The position numbers were made by a program, and so were the translations under genes. Of a stretch of DNA of 64,000 nt, positions 38,511-49,743 are shown piece by piece. Numbering within the stretch: position 1 is the first letter of the stretch; each line of letters starts with the position of its first letter. The stretch spans positions 23,357,432 to 23,421,431 of the forward strand of contig NC_092679.1 of assembly GCF_964355755.1 (NCBI RefSeq). Reading direction: 5' to 3'. The notes beneath the pieces were generated by a model. That model searched no databases. It had not been told where the DNA came from and saw nothing but the letters and a program-made list of their open reading frames with translations. This stretch comes from Antedon mediterranea. Lineage: Eukaryota; Animalia; Echinodermata.

Positions 38511-41500
38511 TTATAAACTAAAGGAATCTTCCACTTTATCTGCTACCATCTTGGCTATAGACAAGGATGATGTAGCAGCTGGTGAAGGTGCATTTCTAAC
38601 GTGTAGTATCCTCTTTCCTAAGTCACCTGATCCAATGTCAAATACAAAGTCATCCACTAAGCTGCCATCAGGGCCGAGGGCCATTGCTCGCACACCAGAT
38701 GGGCCTCTGAAAAAGAGAACCATTACATTAGATTGTTGACCGCTACCACTTATATTTTCCCTTAAAATGATTCAATACGATAGTTGTTCTGCCCCGGAGC
38801 TTATGGAGGCCCTGAGCAGTGCGCAGAGGAAAAAAAAAACAGGCATTAAAATATGGGCCACTTAGGGTTCCTAATCCAGGGGCTTCAAGTTTCTACGTTA
38901 CACCACTTGCCCTAAGCATTCACTTACCTAGTAACATCTTCAGGCTTCAAGTCTGGTATATATTGCTGTAGTCGTTTCACCTGTGCTGAAATCACAAAAC
39001 CTCTGTACATCTCCTTCATTCCAAACGTCAAGTGCTTAAGTGCAAGTCTTCTTAAACCACTGTGGAAAATGATTAGTTGTAAGTATTGCTACCTAATTAT
39101 TAACTTAGCATGATTTCCAATACTAAAATTTCAAAGTGTCAGCCACTGATCATAACTGGACCCTCTGGGAGACCAGTTCTTGACCCGAAGAGATCACCCA
39201 GTTCAAATAAATAAAAATTAGTTTTGCAAGAGTACTAGTTACTCACCTATAACTTATAGCATCAAATGTATCGCTAACGTTAAAGTCGGTTAATTTGTAC
39301 CCCTCCCGTTTAAAAGCAAGCACTGCGTTCGGTCCGAGCCAAAGGTTACCATCCATACGAGGTGTGAAATGCACTCCAAGAAATGGAAATTGTGGATCTG
39401 GAACCTGTAAAATATTATTTGAATATATCCTTATCTTCAACTATATAAGCAAAAACTGAATTAATATTGAATATATTTAACAGTGGTGGTTCCTTTTTAA
39501 AACTTTAAATCCTTTGTGATTGGAGGGGAAAAATGTACTCTCAATAAAATACAGTCTCAATTTTTAATGAAAGACAAAGATCGATGATTTGGTTTATTTA
39601 TATTATCTGGGAGACATACAGTATGAATAATCGTCTTTGAGGGGAGCTTAACCTTGAGCTCTGTCTACACTATCAAACTTTATGTGACAAAAAAATATGA
39701 TGTACCCATATATGGACATGATGATGTCATATTACTACCATATTTGGGCATATCACTACCATATTTAGGCACATTATGTTTTGTCAAACTAGTTTGATAC
39801 TAGTATAAACAGAGATTTTAGCCATGACATCAGACAGAACATAGATAAAAGAAGGTGGTGAAATGCACACAGCTTTAAATAACATACTTTACTTACAGGG
39901 TAAATATTGCCCCTTACAAGGTGTCTCTTTTCAGGTTTTAAAAGAAGGTAATCACCACGGAATGGAACGATCCTTGGATTCGGTTGACATCCAGACAGAA
40001 GCGCCAATCGATCAGACAGTAGACCTCCGCATGTTATCACATATCGACATTTAACCTCTTTCTGTAAAATAAAGTTTTTGACTTATCCACCAAATAAGTA
40101 TTGTAAATGAAAATGCACAAAGTTTGTTCATGATTTCCTGCAGAATTGATATCAATGCTTACGTTGGTCATCATTTTATGCTCTGTATTATTTGTATGGT
40201 ATTTGTTGAAATAATTTTTTTTAAATTCAATTATTTGGTCAAATTGTACTTAAATATACTTACTCCATGTTTTCCTTCGACCAGAATAGGATACGTCAAG
40301 CCTTTTCATGTAAAATAAAACAAAGTATTACAGTATTATTAAGTTTCATCTTCAATCGCCCATAGCCTGCCAAGTTTCATCTTCAATCGCCCATAGCCTG
40401 CCAAAGTTTCATCTTCATTCGCCTATAGCCTGCCACGTTTCATCTTTAATTTTACAGCAGGCCTATGTCTTTCAATGAAAACCCAGGAGTAGTTTCAATA
40501 AAGACATTTTTTATATCGTGTTGGCTGTCATTTAAACAAAAAATTTTTAGGATATGACCTCTAACAAAATTAGGTCGAGCTGCCACCAAACGATGCTCAT
40601 TCATCTGGGTCTGAAGTGTACTAGAACACCAGGTATCACAGAAGACCAAGGAGAGGTTTAAATCTGCTATGATTTGAGGTGTTCCAGTGACCACACAACA
40701 TTTTGAGTTAGAATAAACAGTAAGAAGTGACAGTATCTTTAATAAAGTAGAAATAAAAAAAATTACCAGTACCTGTATTTGTTGAAGATTCTGATTCAGT
40801 TATTATACGGAAATTTATAACATTAAATTCTGTGTGTATGTCGCCACCTAACGTCTTAAAATGCTTTCCAAACATACGTGCCATTTCACCATAGTCAATA
40901 ATTCCAGTGTTTGGAGAAAATATTGCTTTTACACCCTGTAAAAAGTGGTTAAAATTTCTGTCTGTAACAATTCGTTAAATAGTGGTAACATTTTGAAATA
41001 TTGGTGGCCACCTCATGCTATTATGTGAAGTCTTGATTATTGGTAATAGATTGATCAGATTGGATCAGATTGGATAAGATCATAATTACCTTACCGTACA
41101 ATAAGGCTCTCTTTCTTTAATGCCATCTGGTCCAACTATCTCCAATCCCTCTACATTATTTATAAGTCCTCTTTCATATAATTCATCTAACCTAGGTACT
41201 TCACTATCATTCAAAGCAACAATCAACTAGAAAAAATTAAATAAAAATATCGAAAAAATTTCATCTGGTTTTAAAAACGTTTCGAAATGTTCTGTAAGTT
41301 TGCTTATTATTTCTTTGGTTTTTACAAAAAGACATTTTTTTTATAAAAGAAAAATGGTTGGATCGTGTAAATTATACAAATATCTTTAACCAAAATATAA
41401 TATTAAGAAGACATCTCCAAACCTATCTATCTTTCTACATTTTCATACTGGTACGACGCACCTTACCAACTTTGTCGTAACCTATATTATGCTTGTCACA

Positions 41501-44500
41501 GTATTGGTATGTGAGCTTGACACCTTCAACACAAAGTTTAGCCTTCAGTGATCCAGGCGCATAGTAAATTCCTGCATGGATTACGCCACTGTTATGGCCA
41601 GTCTGGTGGAGGGCTATGAACAAATAAATGAAAAATGGAAGTAAATTGTAATAGGTTTTTCTTTCTGTGTAACAGAATTACTTGCAAATTGTTCGCACAT
41701 GTTCTCAATGCACTTAGTATAAGGGTACAAAATTACCTCAGGGTAGGGCAAACATTTGATCAATTTACAAAACATAACATGGTTATATAACGCCACAAAC
41801 CTAACTCATTTTCTTTTTCTAAAACAGCCACTTTTATATTTGGATGTCTTGTGATGAGCTCTTGTGCTGTTGCCAATCCAACGATGCCACCACCAACAAT
41901 ACATGCATCATAGTTATCATCCGACACACTGCTTGAACTAAAATAAAATTTCACACAAATTTACAATTGGTTAAAAGGGTTGTTAAAAATGAACATTAAT
42001 AATAAATTAAATTTTGAATAGGCCATTAGTTGTATTTAAATTTCATTAAAAATTTAAATAAATAATTACACTTTCAATTGAAAAAAAAAATGTTTAATAA
42101 CATCTTACTGATAATTTATTAGGTAAACCTTACAAATAAATACAGTTTTGATATATACCATTGAGTGGTTATATCATGAAGTAAAATTCTTTACTCCATG
42201 GTAATATCAGAAAAGTAAAATATTCGTTGAAGCAAGAAGCAATTTTGGCTGGGTCGAAACATTTAGTACCATTGGGCAGGTCAATAACCGTTTTAGCACT
42301 ATCCTTAGATTTATTACTATAGCCTTTAAACATTTTCCACAATTTTTTAGGGTTATTTTTATTTTCTTCAGCCTTGTTTAACAAACGATTTGATTTAGCT
42401 TTATTTATATCACGCTGTATTTTATTTCTTAGTTTGCGAAATTGTATTAATAAGTCGGTATTATTCTTGTTTTTATTATACATATTTAATAATTTATCTC
42501 TGGTTTCAATGTCTTGTAATATTTCTCTAGTTAACCATGGTTCCGTTCTTTGTTTCATCCTAATGTTTTTAAGGGGGGCAATGGAATCAATAGCAGCCAA
42601 AAGTAATGCATTGCTCTCAATCTTGTACTGTTACATGCGGGGTTCCTCAAGGAAGTATCCTTGGACCCCTTTTTTCTTATGTTTTGTTAATGACATGGTA
42701 ACTTGTATTGATCCTGATTGTAAACTCCTTCTATACGCTGATGTGACAGTGCAATTGTTTATTCACACAGAAATCCAGATATTATTTCTAAGAAGCTAGG
42801 GTCAACACTAGACTCCTTGTGTGATTGGCTTGTAGACAATAAATTAACCATTAACCTGGATAAAACTGAGTGTATACTATTTGGTTCTAAGAGAAAAACT
42901 AAAAATGTTAACAATTTTAATGTCTCAACAAATGGTAACAATATCAACACTAGTAATTGTGTCAAGTATCTGGGTATTGAAATAGATCAAAATTTAACGT
43001 GTTCTGAATATGCATGTAAAACCATTAAGAAAATTAATAATAGGCTTAAGTTTATGTACCGCCAACGTAAGATACTAAGTTGTAAGAATCGTAAACTATT
43101 ATGCTCTGCTCTCATCCAATGTGTTTTTGATTATGCTGCATCTTCTTGGTTCTGTGGAACCAGTAAAGCTATCCAAAGAAAACTACAAATTGCTCAAAAC
43201 AAAATGGTTAGACTCATAAAAGGAGTTGAACCCAGAAGACATATAGGTGCTGATCAATTAGACGATTATGGATTGTTAAATGTAAAATATCGAGTAAAGT
43301 TCTTGCAAATTAGCCAAGTTCATAAGATATTTATGGGCAGAAGTGCTTCATACCTAAACGAAAACTTTCGTAGAGTTAATAACTTACATGGTCACTTCAC
43401 TCGTGGTAGTAAACTCAATTTTGTTGTACCTAAAGTCCAAGGCATAGAATGTAATACATTCTATTTTAATGCAATCAGAGAATGGAATAACCTTCCTGAC
43501 TATATTAAACAAATTTCCAACACATCTAAATTTAAAACTGAATTGAATGAAACAATATTACAAAATTAAACATAGATAAATTATTATTGTGCCATTATAT
43601 CAGATGTTTTGCTTATATGCTTATATATTTATGAACCCCGTCTTATAATGTTTGTTTTGTTAAAATTATAATTACTATCTTTTTAGGGACCACATTGGAA
43701 TTAAGTTGTTTTACTTTAAACGACTTTATGTGTTTTCCGTGCATCGTCAGACTTCATTAATCCCGCCATTTTTATTTGCTTTTTTGATGTATTTTAATAT
43801 TTAAGGTGATTATATATATTATTGATGTATTTTTAATGTTATGTATTGAGATGCCAAATAAATGAAAGAAAAGAAAGAATTGAATATAGCCTAAATAAAT
43901 ATTGCCCTTGCCCAAAAAAAAATCATAAAAAATGTATTTTTTTAAAGATCTGTCCTGTATTCCCTTTTAAAGTAAAATTTGTAATGTTTCCTACTAGACT
44001 ACTCATATTGTATTTTGTAAAAATATATGTGTTATATGTATTATGTTATGCGCGATTTGAACGATTTGCGCAATTTGAAATTGCGCAAAAAAAATCCTTG
44101 CGCAATTTGAATTGAAACATGTGTTTCAAATTGCGCAAGCAACGTATTAAATTGCGCAAGTAATCTGCAAATTGCGCAAGGTTTTTCGACAGATTGTGAA
44201 ATCATGCACACCCATATTTTTATAGTAATTTCTAAGAATGATTCAAAATTAAAGATAAATATCGCATTTCCTTATTTTAGTAGTGCAAATATTGTTATAA
44301 GTTAGCATACCGTCGAAGAACCGACGAAGGAAAACGAAGCGGTGGTGTTCCACCAGGCGGGCGCGGCGCGGGCGGCCGGCTATACTACTCTAGCCTAGCT
44401 AGGGTCTGGACTACTGATACTGACAAGGTTACATGGCCTAGCTTAAACTAATATTAAAAACTTAATTTTTACATTTATTTTGATTTATTTCAAGTTACAG

Positions 44501-45053
44501 TGATAATATTATTTAATTGTAATAATAAATGTTATGTATTTATTATACACATGTTATCTTCGCATTTATTATGTTTTATTTTGAGTTATTTAGTTTCCAA
44601 TAAAAATTTGCAGTTCGTTTTCAAATTGCGCAAAGGTGTCATATTGCGCAAGAACTATCTTGCGCAATTTACAAATTGTGCAGCGCAATTTAAAATTGCG
44701 CAAAGATTTTCTTGCGCAATTTGAAATTGCGCAAGTTGATTGCGCAATTTGAAATTGCGCAAAAAAATCCTTGCGCAATTTGAAATTGCGCAAGAATTCT
44801 TTGCGCAATTTGAAATTGCGCAAGGATTTTTTTGCGCAATTTCAAATTGCGCAAATCGTTCAAATCGCGCATAACATATTATAACTGATTACCTTTTCTG
44901 TCGTTTGTGAACCCATTGAGGACCACCATTTGCCGCTGTTGAGCAACAAGAAGAGGGGACTTGTTGGCCTAAGCCTGTGCCTAGATCAATTCTTCTTCTA
45001 AATTTCAACAAACGATGGTTTTTTAAACATTGTAAACTTTTAATCAAAAACAT
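38511..45053 (-). CDS. L2HGDH: L-2-hydroxyglutarate dehydrogenase, mitochondrial (10 coding exons)
   Basis: FAD-binding [92 protein letters not shown] and [17 protein letters not shown]. Exon 1 (45053-44893) encodes a basic transit-like peptide. A 38-nt exon lies at 40301-40264. Confidence 0.96.
39657..39816. mobile_element. Short MITE (AGCTCTGTCTACAC family)
   Basis: Left TIR intact, right TIR degenerate, shared core present. Confidence 0.75.
42210..43885 (+). mobile_element. Truncated, frameshifted LINE (CR1/L2/Crack-like RT) with an inverted 5' segment, in L2HGDH intron 1
   Basis: The plus strand ~42610-43569 encodes [30 protein letters not shown] and VKYLGIEID plus the RT C-terminal region. 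The minus strand 42600-42210 encodes the upstream linker (APLK..PWLT..RDK..RNK..KAK..NPKKLWK..FNEYF). AATAAA and an A-rich tail lie near 43856-43885. Confidence 0.9.
44044..44876. mobile_element. TGT...ACA / TTGCGCAA-array element, copy 2, in L2HGDH intron 1
   Basis: TATTA|TGTTATGCGCG ... CGCGCATAACA|TATTA. Near-identical to copy 1 but with a different 5-bp TSD. Confidence 0.9.
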
Positions 45054-45229
45054 CGTTAACAAAAACAATTGTTTTAAAATATTTTTAAAATAAAATTAGG
45101 CATAGGGCCTAGGCTAGGTTACAAACCAATAATGATGAGGGCCAGAGGGGGGGAAGGAGCTAACTCTACTTCTACGGAGCGCCGTTTATGCCTTTATTTA
45201 CTTACGAAATAGAAATAGTACTACGGTAG

Positions 45230-48200
45230 CTGCTCCAGTGGACCAAATTTAGCACTAGTGGAGCGCAGTGATATAAAATAGAAATAAGTCACTAATTTTA
45301 ATATTCTTAATAATATGTTAATACACTGTGCTCAAGTGGACACAATTTGGCGCCAGTGAGGAGCACAGTGATATAAAATAGAAATAATTGTCACTGAATT
45401 TTAATATCTTTTCGTATGTTAATACACTGTGCTCAAGTGGACCCAATTTGGAGCCAGGGGAGCACAGTGATATAAAATAGAAATAAGTCACTGAATTTTA
45501 ATATCTTTTCGGATGTTAATACACTGTGCTCAAGTGGACCCAATTTGGAGCCAGGGGAGCACAGTGATATAAAATAGAAATATTAAGTCACTGAATTTTA
45601 ATATCTTTTCGTATGTTAATACACTGTGCTCAAGTGGACCCAATTTGGAGCCAGTGGAGCACAGTGATATAAAATAGAAATAAGTCACTAAATTTTAATA
45701 TCTTTTCGTATTAATACACTGTGCTCAAGTGGACACAATTTGGAGCCAGGGGAGCACACAGTGATATAAAATAGAAAAAAGTCACTGAATTTTAATATCT
45801 TTTCGTATGTTAATACACTGTGCTCAAGTGGACCCAATTTGGAGCCAGTGGAGCACAGTGATATAAAATAGAAAAAAGTCACTGAATTTTAATATCTTTT
45901 CGTATGTTAATACACTGTGCTCAAGTGGACCCAATTTGGCGCCAGGAGAGCACAGTGATATAAAATAGAAATAAGTCATTGAATGTTAATATATTTTCGT
46001 ATGTTAATACACTGTGCTCAAGTGGACCCAATTTGGCGCCAGTGGAGCACAGTGATCATAAAATGGAAAAAGTCACTGAATTTTAATATCTTTTCGTATT
46101 TAATATACACTATGCTCAAGTGGACCCGATTTGGAGCTAGGGGAGCACTGTGATATAAAATAGAAATAAGTCACTGGATTTTAATATCTTTTCGTATGTA
46201 CACTGTGCTTACGTGGACCCAATTTGGCGCGCGCGCCAGTGAGCACAGTAATATAAAATAGAAAAAAGTCACTAAATTTTAATATCTTTTCGTATGTTAA
46301 TACACTGTGCTCAAGTGGACTCAATTTGGCACCAATGGGAGCACAGGGAAATAGTCACATACAAAAACATCGAGAAAAAATACTTCTGGAATTAAAAAAT
46401 ATTTCAAACTTGGTATATATGTTCAATATCGGTTACTCCATCCGTAAACCAAAAGAAAAAATAGTTTCAAGCCACATCAGTGATTTTAATAACTTGCGTT
46501 CGCTTAAGATAATACTTATGAAAAAACATATAATTCCGACACATATTATGTTAAACTCTAATAATGATTTTGACCAAAAAAAAAAAAACGGTTAGGAATT
46601 CGATTTTTTCTCTGTAAATTGAGCAACTTAAATAAAAAATATACCAAGAAATATATATTGAAATCAAGGAGTATTTTTTTTTACAAAAGAAATGTTCGTA
46701 TATTAATACACTGTGCTCCAGTGGATCCAATTTGGCGCCAGTGGAGCACAGGGAAATAATCACATACAAAAACTTCTAGAAAAAATATTTATCGAATTCA
46801 AAAATATTTCAAACTTGGTATATAAGTTCAATATCGGTTACTCCATCCGTAATGCAAAAGAAAAATTAGTTTCAAGCCACAGTAGTGATTTTAATAACTT
46901 GCGTTTGTCTAAGATAAATACTTATGAAAGAACATACAATTCCAACAAATTTTTTTAAACTTTAGCGATATGATTAAAAAAAAAACATATGTTAAAAATA
47001 TGAATTATGTAGTAACATATTGAACGTGTAGTAACCTATTGAACGTATACTACCAAATTTCAAATGTGTAGGACAATTATTTTATGACGATCACAATTTA
47101 AAGTTTAAAAAATGTGTTGGAATTCTATGTTCTAATCATAAATATACATTTTAAACGAACGAAAATTACTAAAATCACTGATATGGCTTGAAACTAATTT
47201 TTCTTTTGCATTACGGATGGAGTAACCGATATTGAACTTATATACCAGAATCCAGAAGTATTTTTTCTTGATGTTTTTGTATGTGACTATTTCCCTGTGC
47301 TCCACTGGCGCCAAATTGGATCCACTGGAGCACAGTGTATTAACATACGAACATCTCTTTTGTAAAAAAAAAAAACTCCTTAATTTCAATATATGGTATA
47401 TTTTTAATTTAAGTTGCTCAATTTACAGGAAAAAAATCGAATTCCTAACCGGGTTTTTTTTTTATATAAAAATCATTATTTGAGTTTAACATATGTCGGA
47501 ATTGTATGTTTTTTCGTAAGTATTATCTTAGGCAAACGCAAGTTATTAAAATCACTGATGTGGCTTGAAACTATTTTTTCTTTTGGTCTACGGATGGAGT
47601 AACCGATATTGAACAAATATACCAAGTTTGAAATATTTTTAAATTCAAGAAGTATTTTTTCTCGATGTTTTTGTATGTGACTATTTCCCTGTGCTCCCAT
47701 TGGTGCCAAATTGGGTCCACTTGAGCACAGTGTATTAAAATACGAAAAAATAATATTATAATTTAGTGACTTTTTTCTATTTAATATCACTGTGTACTCA
47801 CTGGCGCGCGCGCCAAATTGGGTGTGGGGGTGGTTGTCCGGGGGGTAGTTGTCCGGGGGGTTGTTATCCTAAGGGGGTAGTTGTCCTAAGGGGGTAGTTG
47901 TCCGGGGGGTAGTTGTCCGGGGGGTAGTTGTCCTAAGGGGGTAGTTGTCCGGGTGGTAAACATCCGGGGGGTAACTGTCTAGGGGGTAGGTGTCCTAGAA
48001 CCCCGAACATACCTCTGAGATGGAGGCAATGGAGGTATTCAGAGCGTCATTTTGACGATCGAGCATTCACTACTTCCAGGGAAGCACATTGATATAAAAT
48101 AGAAATAAGTCACTGAATGTTAATATCTTTTCGTATTTTAATACACTGTGCTCAAGTGGACCCAATTTGGCGTCAGTGGAGCACAGTGATATAAAATAGA

Positions 48201-48425
48201 AATAAGTCACTGAATTGTAATATCTTTTCGTATTTTAATACAATGTACTCAAGTGTACCCAATTTGGCACCAGGCGAGCGCAGTGATATAAAATAGAAAT
48301 AATTCACGGAATTCTAATATCTTTTCGTATGTAATACACTGTGCTCAAGTGGACCCAACTTGGAGCCAGTGGAGCACAGTGATATAAATTAGAAATAAGT
48401 CACTGAATTTTAATATCTTTTCGTA
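45230..48425. repeat. Complex of ~118-bp hairpin-bearing tandem units, a ~700-bp inverted duplication and a G-rich array
   Basis: The unit contains CACTGTGCTC...GAGCACAGTG. About 9 units lie at 45230-46345 and 3 at 48080-48425. ~46217-46950 is inverted at ~47110-47823. Confidence 0.9.
47821..48003. repeat. G-rich (GGGGGTAGTTGTCC)n array ending TGTCCTAGAACC
   Basis: About 11 G-run units in an otherwise AT-rich region. Confidence 0.88.
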
Positions 48426-48584
48426 TTAAGCATTTTTGAATACCTACCGGTATGGTACCATACATGTTCGACAATACAGTGTCACATATCTCTATTAAAA
48501 AAAAAAACAATATTAAAAAAATATATATATACTGTATATCCGTCGAGGTTCGAACCCCAGCCGATAGCACTCAAAACTGAGTTT

Positions 48585-49360
48585 TTGAAAAAATCAACTC
48601 TCTACCTTAGCGGTTTTCGATACATATAGGAACCTGTAATTTCACCCCCTAATTTGCATATTTCATGTAACTTGTACTAATAATTTGCATACTTTGGAGG
48701 TGAGTGATACAGGTGTGATTTTGAGATCTACTAAACATTAGAAACCTGTATCGGAGTCATTTGAGGGCAAAACAAAGTCTCTACAGACATTTTAGTTTCA
48801 TTATGCAATATTGAGAAGAAATGGGGTCGAGGGTCAAATGTCATACTTCCGGTCAATTTTTTGTAAAATGTTTTATTGGAGCAAATAGAAATATGTACAT
48901 TCTGAATACGGCTGTGAAAAAATCAGCTCTCTAGCATTAGTGGTTTTCGAGATATAGGACAACTGTAATTTTTCCCCCTTATTTGCATATTTTATTTAAA
49001 TTGTACTACTAATTTGCATACTTTCGAAGTGTGACACAGGTGTGATTTTGGGAATTACAAAGTGATCCTATGCTGGCTATTAGGAACCTATGTCTGGGTC
49101 ATTTGAGGGCAAAATAAAGTCTCTACAGACATTTTAGTCACATTGCATATGCAAACATTGAGAAATGGGGTCGAAGGTCAAATGTTGTACTTCCGGTCAT
49201 TTTTTCGTAAAATGTTTCATTAGAGTAAATATAAATATATACATTTTGAATAGATCAGTGAAAAAATCAACTCTCTCGGAGTAGTAGTTTTTGAGATATG
49301 GTAACCCTGTAATTTCACCCTAATTTGCATATCATCGGGATGAGTGACAGAGGTGTGATG
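48585..49360. repeat. ~335-bp tandem duplication (2.3 copies) upstream of TDRD9
   Basis: TGAAAAAATCA(A/G)CTCTCT recurs at ~48587, ~48916 and ~49259. GTCATTTGAGGGCAAAA.AAAGTCTCTACAGACATTTTAG occurs twice. Confidence 0.85.
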
Positions 49361-49743
49361 CTCAAATTTTGATCTCCTCATCATATATGACCATTTAAAA
49401 AAGAAAAATCTCTGTTTGCAATTTGTTTCACTTTGGGCTGTTTTTTTTTGCTAGATTGACTAGCCTACTGGCAGACATTGCAGAAACAAAGTACAGATAT
49501 TTTCCCTCTAAACAAAATGGTATCGTCGAGAATATGTTTCCCTGGCGGACATACCGCCTGGCAGACATACCGCATGGCAGACAGTCTGCAGCAGCAGGAT
49601 CTCTATCGAAAAACAACAAGCTCCTGGCGGAGAACTTTTCTCGTCCTTTTGTTATGCCTCATAATCTCAGTTTTTGTTGATTTCCATAATTAGAATTATA
49701 TATAAATATAATTCTGTTTGTTATAGACTGCAATAGAACAAAA

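Noticed and set aside
46326-47790. Mutually similar ORFs on both strands (NIGYSIR..KEK..SSH.SDF)
   Set aside because: They arise from the tandem and inverted repeat copies and show no recognisable domain.
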